A DNA stretch of 64,000 nt from a virus, in IMG/VR virus record IMGVR_UViG_3300037840_000333, positions 23,121-87,120 of that record; one strand, 5' to 3'. A program made the position numbers and the translations under genes. Position 1 is the first letter of the stretch, and each line of letters starts with the position of its first letter. The notes beneath the pieces were generated by a model. It saw only the letters and a list, made by a program, of their open reading frames with translations, searched no databases and had not been told where the DNA came from. Positions 26,331 through 36,529 of the stretch are shown here, in pieces.

Positions 26331-28244
26331 CTACTCGTGGTAGGTCGGGGATCCGGCCGCCGAGCTGATGCCCGTCGGGAGGACCGTCTGTTGGACCTGA
26401 TATGCCTCGATGCCTCGGAAGGCCAGACCCTCAAAGGTCTCGGTGAAGGTCTCGTAGTCGTTGGTGGCGTCGAGCAGCGAGTCCCGCACGACCCCGAGGT
26501 CGAGCCGGCCGCCGTCGAGGAACTGGAACGTGCCCTCCACGTAGAGGAACCACACGAGCTGGAACGCTCCGTCGCTGGTCTGGCCGGGCCATTGCGGCTG
26601 GGCACCGGCGGTCATCACCGGGAAGAACTGCGCCGTGATGGCGCCGCCGCCCGTCCCGTAGGTGCCGGCCTTCAGGCCGTCGAGCGTCCAGATGATGTTG
26701 CTGATGCCTCGGGCGCTGAACCAGTCCTCGATCTCGGCGTCGCTGATGGCGAGCACGTTGATGGAGCCGGCGTTGTCGTGCGCAGCCTCTCGGGCCATGT
26801 CGCTGCGGAACAGCCCCTTGGCCCAGGCCGGGAAGATGGCCGTCAGCCCGATGTTGTCGGGGAATCGGTGGCTGTACCGATACTGCTCGACGGTCAGGTC
26901 CACGGTCGGGAGCAGGTCCCGCACCGCACCGAGATAGTGCTGGGGGACAACCTGCTTCGTGTTGGCCGCCAGCAGGGTCAGCAGCTCCAACTCGGCCTCT
27001 CGGGCGGTGACCGCCACGGCCTGCTGGGTGTTGGCCGCCACCTGCTCGGGGGCGAAGCGGCTCTGCATGTTGCCGAACTGCACCCGGGTGGTCACGGCGT
27101 TCACGTAGACCAACTGCTCGGCGCCGCAGGCGACCGTCCACACCGGCTTGGTCGCTCCGCCCGGGCTGGCGTCGGTCGCCTCGGTCCAGATTCCGGTCGA
27201 GAGTCCGGCGCCGCTGGCGGTGCCCTGCAAGCTGGGCACGCCGATGTCGGGCGGGCTCACGAATCGGATACCGCCTCGGGTCGCCTGGAAGGCGGGCAGG
27301 CCGTCACGCAGTGGGCGGTCGGCCGTGCTCCACGTCGGGACGGCGTAGTCCACGTTGACCGGGAGGCAGATGCCGCCGGTCGCGACGAGGGCGCCGGTCT
27401 GGCGGTCGGCCCGGGGGGCGCCGAAGTCACACACGGCGTTGATGCGCTCCGTGTTCACGTCGGCGTCTCCGCCAAGCTGGCGCTCCTTCGGGTACTCCCA
27501 ATGGGCGCTCGCCACGAGCTGCTGGCTGAAGTCGTGGGCGCTCTGCAGCGTCCGCAGACGCTCGGCCATCGCCTCGGCCAGTGCCGTCGGGTCCTCCAAG
27601 GGCGTCCCGGGCGGAATGTGATGGTTGCCGGCGGTGGCGACGATGCTCGCTCCATACGGGGCCGGGGTGGGCTGGTCGGGGCTGGCCTGGGCCGGCCCGG
27701 TGGCCGCGGCCATGGCCGGGATCATGCCGCTGCTCCCGATGGAGCCTCGGGCCGGCTGGGCGCTGGCCGCTACGGGCACGAGCGGGTTGCCGGCGTCGTC
27801 GGTCGCCGGCTGGCCCTCGCCCTCGGGCGCCTGCTCCTTGGCCTTGGCCGCCTTGGCCCGCTTCTCCTCGTCGGTCTCCTCCTCGCCCTCGGCGGGCGCC
27901 TCGCCCTCGACAGGTGCCGGCGCTCCCTCGGGGGCAACCTCCTCGGGTGCCGTCTCGGGGGCCTCGTCCTTCGGCGGGTTGCGCAGGGCGTCGGCCCGCT
28001 CCCGCATGTCGGCCCGCTTCTGAGCGGTCTCAGCGGCCTCGGCCTCGCGCCGGGTGACCTCGCCGCGCACGGACTCCATGCCGTTGATGAGGTACTCCAT
28101 GTCGGACACGGAATCGGCGGTCGCCTCGGCGTCCGGCACCTTCGCCATGTCATCGAACGTGGTGTCGATGAGCCCCTGGAGCTCGGTCAGCTCCTCGGGG
28201 GTCAGATTCTGCAGGTTTTCGAGAAGCTGCCGGATACGGTCCAT
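26331..28244 (-). CDS. Major capsid (hexamer-type) protein with N-terminal scaffold
   Basis: SD AAGGAG then MDRIRQ; acidic coiled-coil; ALVATGGICLP, LPAFQATRGGIRF, GNMQSRFAPE, LDLGVVRDSLLDATNDY. Confidence 0.85.
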   Translation of the reverse strand: MDRIRQLLENLQNLTPEELTELQGLIDTTFDDMAKVPDAEATADSVSDMEYLINGMESVRGEVTRREAEAAETAQKRADMRERADALRNPPKDEAPETAPEEVAPEGAPAPVEGEAPAEGEEETDEEKRAKAAKAKEQAPEGEGQPATDDAGNPLVPVAASAQPARGSIGSSGMIPAMAAATGPAQASPDQPTPAPYGASIVATAGNHHIPPGTPLEDPTALAEAMAERLRTLQSAHDFSQQLVASAHWEYPKERQLGGDADVNTERINAVCDFGAPRADRQTGALVATGGICLPVNVDYAVPTWSTADRPLRDGLPAFQATRGGIRFVSPPDIGVPSLQGTASGAGLSTGIWTEATDASPGGATKPVWTVACGAEQLVYVNAVTTRVQFGNMQSRFAPEQVAANTQQAVAVTAREAELELLTLLAANTKQVVPQHYLGAVRDLLPTVDLTVEQYRYSHRFPDNIGLTAIFPAWAKGLFRSDMAREAAHDNAGSINVLAISDAEIEDWFSARGISNIIWTLDGLKAGTYGTGGGAITAQFFPVMTAGAQPQWPGQTSDGAFQLVWFLYVEGTFQFLDGGRLDLGVVRDSLLDATNDYETFTETFEGLAFRGIEAYQVQQTVLPTGISSAAGSPTYHE

Positions 28245-28387
28245 GAGGGTCTGTGCTCCTTTTGAGCTGGCGCGTGGTGCCTGTGATTGAGGGCGACCGG
28301 GCGCTAAGACCCTGCATCTCGATAGCTCGGCGCTAAGACCGCAGCTACTTGGATCGAGAGTCTGACCTGTCCGAAACGTGAAATCAA
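28245..28387 (-). promoter_or_regulatory. Capsid promoter and structured 5' leader
   Basis: TTGATT-17-CAGACT; two GGTCTTAGCGCC hairpin loops (28300-28311, 28329-28340). Confidence 0.6.
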
Positions 28388-28599
28388 GCACCCTCGCTCG
28401 GGGGGGCCTGGTCGGCGGCGTCGCACTGGCTGCACCAACCGTCGATCAGCTTCGTGCCGCAGTCGGGGCAGTGGGTCAGCCCGGGGGGTCTCGGCCATCG
28501 CTCCTGGGGCTCGCCCGTCCACCACGGGCGCAGGTCGGGCGGCTCGCCTCGTGTGCTCCAACCGGATAGATCGGCGCCTGGGTGACGGCGCCGTGGCAC
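28384..28599 (-). CDS. Small Zn-ribbon protein
   Basis: CPDCG..WCSQC. Confidence 0.45.
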   Translation of the reverse strand: MPRRRHPGADLSGWSTRGEPPDLRPWWTGEPQERWPRPPGLTHCPDCGTKLIDGWCSQCDAADQAPPSEGA

Positions 28600-28600
28600 G

Positions 28601-31567
28601 TCAGGCCCGGATGGACTCCGCCCGTGCTCGCAGGCGCTCCATCGCCAACCCGAACACAGGGCGTAGCCCTCGCTCCATCCGCTCTAGCCGCTCCTCGATG
28701 GTCGGGGTGTGCAGCTCCTCGGGCAGGTGGAACATGGGTACGCCGGCTGCCACCAGTCGGGTGACCTCGCCGCTGTGCGGGTTCTTGGTCGCCATCACCA
28801 TCGGGAACCCGGCGTTGTTCACGAACAGCACGTTCGTCAGCTCCCGGCCGGCTCCCCACGGGCGCCAATCGCCGCTCGGCGGGTTGGCCCGCAGGGTGAA
28901 CACCTGCTCCTCGGTGGCGCTCGGGTGCAGGGCACCGTGGATCCAGATGCCGAACTTGTCCTCGCCGGCCCGCACGAGGGCGGTCGTCAGCCCGCTGTTG
29001 TCGTAGTGGGCCATGGCCCGGTGGTAGTCCATGCTCTCGCCGGCGTGGCCGGTGTCCGCCGTCATCCGTCCGACGCCGATGATCTGGCCCTCGGCCGTCA
29101 CCACCCGTCCGTCACCGTGGAATCGCTCGTAGTTGCTTCGGCTCCTCGGCGCCATGATGCACTGGCCGTTGTTGAGGAAGGCGGGCGACTGGTGGCACAC
29201 GCCCCACTGAGCGATGTGGCCGAAGACCTCGCCCTCCTCCGTCACGGTGATCGGACAGGCGAACTTTCCGCTCGGCTTGCCGGTCTTCGGGTTCACGGTC
29301 TCGCCCACCCGGGGGTCGCCGTCGATGAACGCCGGGTCGTCGAACCACACCGACGGGGGGTGGAGCAGGCTCGGGCCCTGGGCCGTGACGCTGGCGACCA
29401 GCGCCTCCTCCTCCGCCTCGCTGCACGGCACACAGGGCTCCTCGTCCACGTAGCGGATCGCCATCTGCGCCTCCGCCGGCGCCTTCGGCAGCGTGCCCTC
29501 GGGCACGTTCGTGCCGTCGCCGAGGACGATGAACGCGCCCTCAAAGGCAGCGAACGGGCAGACGGTGATGCCCATTACCTGGCCCTCGACCAGGTGGTCC
29601 ATCAGCGGCACGTCGAACACGTCCACGCCGGCCTCGACAGGTCCGGGGGTCGTCTGCACCGTGGCGTTGCCCACGTCGATGCTGACGCCCATGCGCCCCA
29701 TCTGCTCCAAGATGCCGGCCCACTCCACGCCGTCGTCGGTGGTGAGCAGGTGGCCCGTCGCCTTTCCGGTCGTCCCGTCCCGCTCGATAGCGTCCACCCG
29801 GCCGATGAGGACGGCCGGATCGTTCGGGCTGAATCCGCTCGGGTCGTGGGGGCTCGTCTTCAACCCCATCAGGGCCAGCGGGGGCGTGCGCCAGGTCAGC
29901 CCGCTCGTGTCGGGGGTCGGCGCGTCGATCATGCGCCCGTCGCCGGTCGGCGCTCCCTCGATCCAGGCCACCGGGATCGTGAACTGCGGGCCGAGGGTCA
30001 TGCTCGGGGTCGGGTCGAGCGGGGGCAGGCCCGTGGGCTCGGGCGGCATGGCCGGGGCCTTGGGCGGTCCGTCGGAAGGTGGCGGGGGTGGCGGGGCGAA
30101 CGCCTCCGCCTCGGCGCCGGCTTTCTCCTCACCCGCGGCGACGGGTGCCGGGGTCGGGGCCACGTCGGGCTGGCTCACCACGTCACCGGCCGGGATCATG
30201 CCGGGGCAGTTGCAGCTCGTGCAGGGTCCACTGTTGCCGCCTAGCTCGGGGTCGTCCTCGTGCTCGGCGCCGGTGTGGCCGCACTGCGGGTTCTGGCAGA
30301 TTTCGGCGTCCTCGATGTCGCCGGGCCCTGGCCCGTTGTCATCGGCGTCGTTCGGCACGCCGTCGGCGTTGCCGGGGGTCGTGTTGCCGCCGGGGGTGGG
30401 GGCGAATCCCGTCTGGCCGTTCGTGCTGGCCGCGGCCGGCGGTGGCGGTGGCGGGCCCTTGGCCGGCGGTGGGGGCGGCGTGGGTGCCTTCGGCGGTGGC
30501 GGTGGGCCCTTCGTGGCGTCGGGCTCGCTGGCGTCGGCCGCCTGGTCGGTCACCACGCCGTCCATTATCTTGCTGGCCTGCTCCAACCCGGCGAGGACCT
30601 TGGCGTCCTTCGGATCGCTCTTGGAATCCGGGTCGCCCTGCTGCAGCTCGACAGCGTGGTCCACGGCCGCCTTGGCCGCGGCCACGGCCTCGGTGATGGT
30701 GCTGTCCGCCTTGGCGTCCGCTGGGGAGCCCGGTGCCGCCTTGTCGGGCGGGGCTGGGGGTGTTGGCGCCTTGCCGCCCGGCGGGGGCGGAGGGGCAGCA
30801 GGAGGGGCGTGTGGCGGCGGAGGGGGCGGTGGAGCGAACTGCGCCAGGAGCTGGCCGCGCTCGTCGTCGTTGAGGTCCGCGAGCCGCTGGGCGAACTCCT
30901 CGACCTGGGCGCTGGCCTTCAGGCTGCCGTCGCTGTTCCAGTTGTCGGGGATCTTGCTGGCACACCCGAGGGAGCTGGCCCGGGACATGATGTGCTTGCG
31001 GATGGCGTTGTGGCCGGCGCTCCCCCGGCCCACGGCGCTGATGGCGGTGCTCACGCTGTTGTCGCCGTCGCAGGTAGTGATGGGATAGCTGCCATCGGGC
31101 ATGGCCGCGCCACTGCTCGCCGCCTTGTCCCGCTCGGCCTGGCTGATGAACGTCCAGTAGGGCTCGGTGCCCAGCCGCTCCCGGGCCTCGGCCGTTACGG
31201 CTTCGTAGCTGGCCTGCAGCTCGACGGCTAGGGCCTCGGCCTGCTCGGCGGTGAACGACGCAATCAGCGCGTCTCGGGTCATCGGCATGGCGGCATTCTC
31301 CCCCATCTTGGTTGCGGTGTCACGGACGGTATGGTCCTCGCTCCCGGCCGGCCCTCCGCACACGCTGATGTGCCGAAGCTGGCAGAAGCCCTCGGGGCTG
31401 TCGAGGTGCTCGGACATGACGCTCACGCAGTCATCGAAGTCACCCGGGCTGCACCAACTGATCTGGCCGTCGGCGCCGTCCTCGACCCACTTGATGAGCG
31501 GTGCCGCATCGCCGCCGGCGAAGGCGGCCATTACCTCGTCAGGTGGTCGGCGGGCTGGCGTCGTCAC
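28601..31567 (-). CDS. Capsid maturation protease, multidomain
   Basis: EGAPTGDGR, IGRVDAIER, GVSID, PFAAFEGA, VFGHIAQWGVCH, VRAGED.FGIW, PSGDWR, VNNAGFP; N-terminal GDFDDC..GFC.LRH and AMPDGSYPI domains. Confidence 0.8.
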   Translation of the reverse strand: MTTPARRPPDEVMAAFAGGDAAPLIKWVEDGADGQISWCSPGDFDDCVSVMSEHLDSPEGFCQLRHISVCGGPAGSEDHTVRDTATKMGENAAMPMTRDALIASFTAEQAEALAVELQASYEAVTAEARERLGTEPYWTFISQAERDKAASSGAAMPDGSYPITTCDGDNSVSTAISAVGRGSAGHNAIRKHIMSRASSLGCASKIPDNWNSDGSLKASAQVEEFAQRLADLNDDERGQLLAQFAPPPPPPPHAPPAAPPPPPGGKAPTPPAPPDKAAPGSPADAKADSTITEAVAAAKAAVDHAVELQQGDPDSKSDPKDAKVLAGLEQASKIMDGVVTDQAADASEPDATKGPPPPPKAPTPPPPPAKGPPPPPPAAASTNGQTGFAPTPGGNTTPGNADGVPNDADDNGPGPGDIEDAEICQNPQCGHTGAEHEDDPELGGNSGPCTSCNCPGMIPAGDVVSQPDVAPTPAPVAAGEEKAGAEAEAFAPPPPPPSDGPPKAPAMPPEPTGLPPLDPTPSMTLGPQFTIPVAWIEGAPTGDGRMIDAPTPDTSGLTWRTPPLALMGLKTSPHDPSGFSPNDPAVLIGRVDAIERDGTTGKATGHLLTTDDGVEWAGILEQMGRMGVSIDVGNATVQTTPGPVEAGVDVFDVPLMDHLVEGQVMGITVCPFAAFEGAFIVLGDGTNVPEGTLPKAPAEAQMAIRYVDEEPCVPCSEAEEEALVASVTAQGPSLLHPPSVWFDDPAFIDGDPRVGETVNPKTGKPSGKFACPITVTEEGEVFGHIAQWGVCHQSPAFLNNGQCIMAPRSRSNYERFHGDGRVVTAEGQIIGVGRMTADTGHAGESMDYHRAMAHYDNSGLTTALVRAGEDKFGIWIHGALHPSATEEQVFTLRANPPSGDWRPWGAGRELTNVLFVNNAGFPMVMATKNPHSGEVTRLVAAGVPMFHLPEELHTPTIEERLERMERGLRPVFGLAMERLRARAESIRA

Positions 31568-31700
31568 TCTTGCCTCCGAACAGAACCCGGAACACCTTTT
31601 GCCGCACGGCCTGGGCTGAGACCGGGCTCAGGGGAACGCCGGCGCGCATCTGGCGAATCCTCGCCCGGGTCTGTTGCAACTGCTCGGTGGTGAGTGCCAC
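31539..31700 (-). CDS. 53-aa basic protein
   Basis: Leaderless TAGGAT 6 nt before GTG; MALTTEQLQQTRARIRQMRAG..; not in the ORF track. Confidence 0.45.
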   Translation of the reverse strand: MALTTEQLQQTRARIRQMRAGVPLSPVSAQAVRQKVFRVLFGGKSDDASPPTT

Positions 31701-31709
31701 GGGCGAATC

Positions 31710-34700
31710 CTATCCCTGCAACCCGGCGATTTGAGCTATCTGCTGCGCTTGCAGCCACAAGTCGTAGTAGTTGGCCGTCTGGCCCTCGGACACCAGCGCC
31801 TCGGGCAACAGGCTGTTGTAGCGGGCCTCGGCCGCCTCGACGCTGGCGCTGTAGGTGTCGCCGAACTCGGGGTCGCTGGTGATCGGGACGGCGCTGTCGA
31901 TGATGTCGGCCAGGGAAGCCATCTCGCTCTCGTAGTCCTGATAGCTCATCTGCCAGATGCTCGGTCCGCCGGTGCCCTTCAGCTCCCGCTCCGCCAGGTC
32001 GAACGCTTCGGATTTCTGCGCCTCGCTGAGGTACGCCGTCGCCTCGGCCTTGTTGGTGAACAGGCTCTTGACGTCCACGTTGCTGTTGGCGAGCTGATTC
32101 CAGTTGAAGTTGCCGAACCGCTCCAAGTTGTTCGGCACCCGGCCCGTGTTCTCCAACAGGTTCCCGGCGTCCACGATCCGGGTCTGATCGAGCCAGTAGG
32201 ACATGGCCTCGTCCACGTTCGCATCGCTGCCGGCGCCGGTCGCCACCTGGAAGCCGGCCACCAGCTCGTCCGGCTTGGCGAGCGTGCCGGTCGTGTCGGG
32301 CAGCATCCACCCGTTAGTTCCCAACCGCTCCTGCTCGGACAGGGAGAGCTGGCGATACCAGTCGTAGGTGCCGCTCGTGTCGCCTCGTGCCGGCGTGGCG
32401 ATGACGTTCGCGCCCATGCTCTCGATCTGCCCGTAGGCGGTGTCCCGCGCCTCGGTGATCTCAGGCATCAACTCCGCCTTGGCCGCCGCGAGGTCGGAGG
32501 AGTCGGTGTCACCGTTCAGCAGGTCGCTCACGGCCTGGCTCAGGTAGCTGCTCCCGGTGTCGGCGCTGAAGTCGGTCGTGGGCTCGCCCTCCTCGCCCGT
32601 CTCCTCGCCCTCCTCGCCGGTGTCGCCGCCTTCCTCGCCGGTATCGTCGCCGGTGTCGGCCGGACCCCACACGGTGTTGAAGTCACACGAGCAGCCGTCG
32701 TGGTCGCCGGGGAAGAAGAAATCGTTCTCGGGCCAGTCGTCCGGGTTGGCGAGCACGTCGTCGGTAAAGCTGGCGAACGATTCGCCGTCGAGGTCCTCGT
32801 GGGGCTCAAACGGCCGCAGGGTCGGCCCGTGCACCCACTCGTAGCTCACGGCCTCGACGTCCGGGGCGGCGTTGAGCATGTCGGTCACGGCGTCGCCGGT
32901 GCCGATCTGCCCGGCCACGTCGGTCGCCTCAAACGTCGCGCTCACCTGAGCGCTCTCGGGGTCCTCGCCCACCTGTATCGGATTGTCCGCACTCACGTCG
33001 GTCACGTCCACCGGCTCGTCCATGGCGCCCACGTCGGCGGTGAGTCCCTTCCCCTGGCCGCTTCCGCCGCCGGCGATGGCGAGGGCGCGCCTTACCGCTC
33101 CCACGGGGACGATGGTGTTCGGATCGATGGTCGGGGCGTCGGGAGCGGTCGGGCTCGGGTTGTATAGCAGCCCCTCGGCGATGGTGTTCAGCTCGTCCAC
33201 GAAGCTCTGCCAAGCCGGCTGCAGTGCCGTCGCCATGCGCTGCTCCGCCTTCCGCACGGCCGGGCTGGTCATCTGGTAGCCGGCCAGCCTGGCCGCGCTG
33301 CGCAGGGCCGCATGCTGGGCAGCGTCGGTCCACCCGAGGAACTGGCCCTTCAGCTCGCTCCAATCCGGGTTGAGCAGGGCATGGGGGTCGGTGTAGCCGA
33401 GGCTCGCCACGACGGCCTGACCGAGGTTCTGCGCCACCTGCCGGTTCGGCACGCCTTGCACCTGGCTCCGCAGGCGGTCGTCCTTGTTGAACTTGCGGCT
33501 GGCGACCCGGGTGTGCAGCTTCGCTCCCGCCCTGTCGAGCAGCCGCACCATCGCGCTGCACGCCGCCACCTGGATCTTGGCCCGGAGCTGGGCGTCGAGC
33601 TGGGCCAGGTTCCGGCTCTCCCGGGCGTACATGGTCTGGCGCTTCGCCTTGGCCTCGGCGAACGCCGCATCGACCTGCCGGGCGAGCCCGGGGACGCTCG
33701 GGCTCGGGGGTGTCGCGGCCGGCGTCGCCGTGACGCTCGGTGGGGGCGGTGGCGCCGGGCTGGTCGTGTCCGCTGGCCCGGGGGGCAGCGCCGCGGCCGG
33801 CCCGGTCGGCAGGGGTTCCACGGCGCCCTTCGGTCCCATGCCCGGCACCTGGCCGCTCTGCTGGATCGGCGGGATCACGAGGTTCGGGTCGAGGGCGTGG
33901 ATCAGGGCCTCCAACACGTTCGGCGGGAAGCTCCGCAGCTTCTGGATCATGCGGATTTCCTTCTCCAACGCGTCCGGGGCGTCCTCCTCGGTGAATCCGC
34001 CGGCGTCCCGCAGGGCCATGTCGCTGATCGCCATGCGGTCGTGCAGCAGCACTGCGTTGCCCATCGGGTCCGGCTTGCTGATGAGGTCCACCGGGTTGTA
34101 CCAAATGCAGGCCCGGTCGATCCAGTACTTGTTGTGGCCCTTCGCCAGCAACCACGGCCGCATGAAGGCGATGGTCATGGCGTCGGCCTGGGTGATGACC
34201 TGGGGCTCGATGTGGTGGCGGAACGTATCGTCGCTGACGAGCCAGGCGCCCCAGTGGTTCGGGTCGCTCATGCCCTCTAGGACCTCTCGGGGCACGTCGA
34301 GCCCGGTGGCGAGCCGGCCGATGGCCTCCGCCCGCAGCTCCAAGGCCAAGCTGCTGTACGGCCGGTCGATCACCAGGTGCTCGAGCCCAGCGAGGCTCTC
34401 GGGCTCGCCGCTGATGGCGATGGGCACGACGGCGCTCGCCACTCCCTCGTCCGCCAAGGGGGTCATCATCGCCTCGGCGAACTTGCCGAACCACGAGTCG
34501 TTGAGCCCCGTATCGTCGTCCTCGGTCATGGCCTCCATGCGGAGCCCGTCGGGGATCTTCAGGATGCCGCCGCCGGCGAGCCGGCTCCTCGCCGTCGAGC
34601 GGACGTCCCGGCTCAGCAGCATCAGCTCCTCGCTCACGTCGAGGAGGCTGCGCATCGGGCTGGTGGCCATCTGGCTGAACCGCCACCACGGCACCCACAT

Positions 34701-35318
34701 GCGGGCGGCGTAGGCCGTCCTCGGGTCGATGTCTACCCAGCCGAGCGTGCCCTGGGGGTCGAGCGGGACCTCGCGCAGCTTGTACGTGTCATCGAAGATC
34801 ATGAACTCGTCGATGCTGCGGACCTTCCACGTGTCGCCGCCGTTCGGATCGTCCTGGCCCACGAGGTAGCACTCGCCCGGCACGCCGAACTGGTAGCTGA
34901 GGCTCTGCTGTATCGGGCTCAACGCCTGCCGGCCGACGCCGAGACTGGCGAGCGCCGCCTCCATGTCGTCGGCCAGTCCCGGTGGGGCGTCGGGGTGCTC
35001 GCGCACCGGGATCGGTGGGCCGTCGGGCTCCTCGGGGTTCACGATGGCGGCGAAGTAGCGCATCCGGCTCGACGCATGGGCGAGGAAGCGGTAGGCGAAG
35101 CTCAGCTCGGGCAAGTTGTCCACGTAGGCGCCGGCGTCCTGTTGCCACCCTTGGCGGAGTACCCGCATCTTCCGGGCCTCGACCTTGTTCGTCAGGTCGA
35201 TGGGCTGGGCCGAGGCTGTCATCGGCCGGTGCGGTACCGGCGCCTCCCGGCTGGCGGCGCGGCGGAGGAAGTTGCGCCCGCTCGGCGTCAGGCTCGTGCC
35301 GGTGCTGACTATGGCCAT
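31710..35318 (-). CDS. Portal protein fused to MuF-like domain and acidic C-terminal domain
   Basis: WQQDA, VPGECYL, SRLAGGGIL, SAVVPI, RLATGLDVPREVL, NHWGAW; then WVHG..RPFEPH..LDG..PGDHDGCSC. Confidence 0.85.
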   Translation of the reverse strand: MAIVSTGTSLTPSGRNFLRRAASREAPVPHRPMTASAQPIDLTNKVEARKMRVLRQGWQQDAGAYVDNLPELSFAYRFLAHASSRMRYFAAIVNPEEPDGPPIPVREHPDAPPGLADDMEAALASLGVGRQALSPIQQSLSYQFGVPGECYLVGQDDPNGGDTWKVRSIDEFMIFDDTYKLREVPLDPQGTLGWVDIDPRTAYAARMWVPWWRFSQMATSPMRSLLDVSEELMLLSRDVRSTARSRLAGGGILKIPDGLRMEAMTEDDDTGLNDSWFGKFAEAMMTPLADEGVASAVVPIAISGEPESLAGLEHLVIDRPYSSLALELRAEAIGRLATGLDVPREVLEGMSDPNHWGAWLVSDDTFRHHIEPQVITQADAMTIAFMRPWLLAKGHNKYWIDRACIWYNPVDLISKPDPMGNAVLLHDRMAISDMALRDAGGFTEEDAPDALEKEIRMIQKLRSFPPNVLEALIHALDPNLVIPPIQQSGQVPGMGPKGAVEPLPTGPAAALPPGPADTTSPAPPPPPSVTATPAATPPSPSVPGLARQVDAAFAEAKAKRQTMYARESRNLAQLDAQLRAKIQVAACSAMVRLLDRAGAKLHTRVASRKFNKDDRLRSQVQGVPNRQVAQNLGQAVVASLGYTDPHALLNPDWSELKGQFLGWTDAAQHAALRSAARLAGYQMTSPAVRKAEQRMATALQPAWQSFVDELNTIAEGLLYNPSPTAPDAPTIDPNTIVPVGAVRRALAIAGGGSGQGKGLTADVGAMDEPVDVTDVSADNPIQVGEDPESAQVSATFEATDVAGQIGTGDAVTDMLNAAPDVEAVSYEWVHGPTLRPFEPHEDLDGESFASFTDDVLANPDDWPENDFFFPGDHDGCSCDFNTVWGPADTGDDTGEEGGDTGEEGEETGEEGEPTTDFSADTGSSYLSQAVSDLLNGDTDSSDLAAAKAELMPEITEARDTAYGQIESMGANVIATPARGDTSGTYDWYRQLSLSEQERLGTNGWMLPDTTGTLAKPDELVAGFQVATGAGSDANVDEAMSYWLDQTRIVDAGNLLENTGRVPNNLERFGNFNWNQLANSNVDVKSLFTNKAEATAYLSEAQKSEAFDLAERELKGTGGPSIWQMSYQDYESEMASLADIIDSAVPITSDPEFGDTYSASVEAAEARYNSLLPEALVSEGQTANYYDLWLQAQQIAQIAGLQG

Positions 35319-35620
35319 CAGCTTCGCTCAGCCAGGAACCCGGCCACGCCGCTGCACACGAGGACGTAGGCGGCGTACTGCCACTGGTGGGGGTAGAACA
35401 CGGTGAGCAGGACGACTCCTATCGCCAGCCAGATCGAGACGCACCACGCACAGGTGATGAAGTCGTGAGCCCTGTTTCCCAGGTGCCGCTTGATCCATTT
35501 CCGGGGTGCCTCGGTGATCGTGTCCCGGGTGACCAGCATGGTCGCCCGATAGACCGCCAGCGTGTCGAGGGCCAGCCACAGCGGCGCCGTGAGCTGGAAC
35601 GCGACGACGGTGGCGGTCAT
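35318..35620 (-). CDS. DUF1360-like membrane protein
   Basis: LAVYRAT.LVTRDTITE..R, CAWCVSIW; directly before portal. Confidence 0.75.
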   Translation of the reverse strand: MTATVVAFQLTAPLWLALDTLAVYRATMLVTRDTITEAPRKWIKRHLGNRAHDFITCAWCVSIWLAIGVVLLTVFYPHQWQYAAYVLVCSGVAGFLAERS

Positions 35621-35683
35621 GGTGGCCCTGATGCTACCCACCACGCTCCTCCGTGGCGGGGAGTGTCGGGCTGCTCAGCGCCC

Positions 35684-36529
35684 TTAGACCGACCCCTGGC
35701 GCTCCGGTCGTAGGTGGCCCGCGGCGTTGATGGCGTCCACGATCCCGGCCAGCAGCAGGTCGGGGTTTCCGCCGTAGCCGTTCTTGCCCCAAAGCTGCTG
35801 GGCCTGCGGCAGGTTGTAGAACGCACGGAAGGTGTCCTGCACCGGGGTCGTCATGGGGTTGGTCGAGTACTCGTTGTAGGTCTCTCGGATGAACGCGTTG
35901 ATGGCGCCCGTGTCGGTGCAGCCGGTCGGCAGTCCCATGATGATCGTCTCCTGATTGGTCGGGTTGGGGTTCGGCGCGCCGAACAGGGAATAGAAGTGGG
36001 CCGGCGGTCCGATCCAGATCGAGGCATCGACCTGGCCGCCGATCCCGGCCACGGTGGCGGCGTCGGTGTTCTGCCACACGTCGCCGAACCCGAAATCCTT
36101 CCCGTAGCTGGCCGGCCACAGCATGGCCCGCAGGATGGTGGTGCCGGCTTGCAACGTGCTGGCGCTGCCGTAGTCCAGCTCCTCGGCCAGCGGGAGGTTC
36201 AGCTCGGCGAGGAACTGATTCTGCCAGGCGAAATCCTGGCTGGTCTCGCTGTCGAGCACTCGGGCTCGGGTGCCGGCGACCGCGAGGAAGTGAGCCGCCT
36301 CGGCCGCTACGTCACCGAACTCGGCGAAGTGGTAGGCGAGCGTCGGGATGCCCACGGCCGCGAAGCCGGCGGCGTCCTGGCCGTAGTAGGGGTTCGTGTA
36401 GCCGACGCCGTCCGTCGCCTTGATGAACACGGCAATCACGCCGGCGCTCGCTGCCGCCTGGTAGTCGATGGGGTGCGGATTGTTGCTGCTCAGGTCGATC
36501 AGGATGCCGGGGATCGTCTGGCTGCTCAC
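35684..36529 (-). CDS. GH25 muramidase (endolysin)
   Basis: IDLSSNN, IKATDG.GY.NP, AYHFA, LDSE, WQNT, VDAS. Confidence 0.9.
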   Translation of the reverse strand: MSSQTIPGILIDLSSNNPHPIDYQAAASAGVIAVFIKATDGVGYTNPYYGQDAAGFAAVGIPTLAYHFAEFGDVAAEAAHFLAVAGTRARVLDSETSQDFAWQNQFLAELNLPLAEELDYGSASTLQAGTTILRAMLWPASYGKDFGFGDVWQNTDAATVAGIGGQVDASIWIGPPAHFYSLFGAPNPNPTNQETIIMGLPTGCTDTGAINAFIRETYNEYSTNPMTTPVQDTFRAFYNLPQAQQLWGKNGYGGNPDLLLAGIVDAINAAGHLRPERQGSV

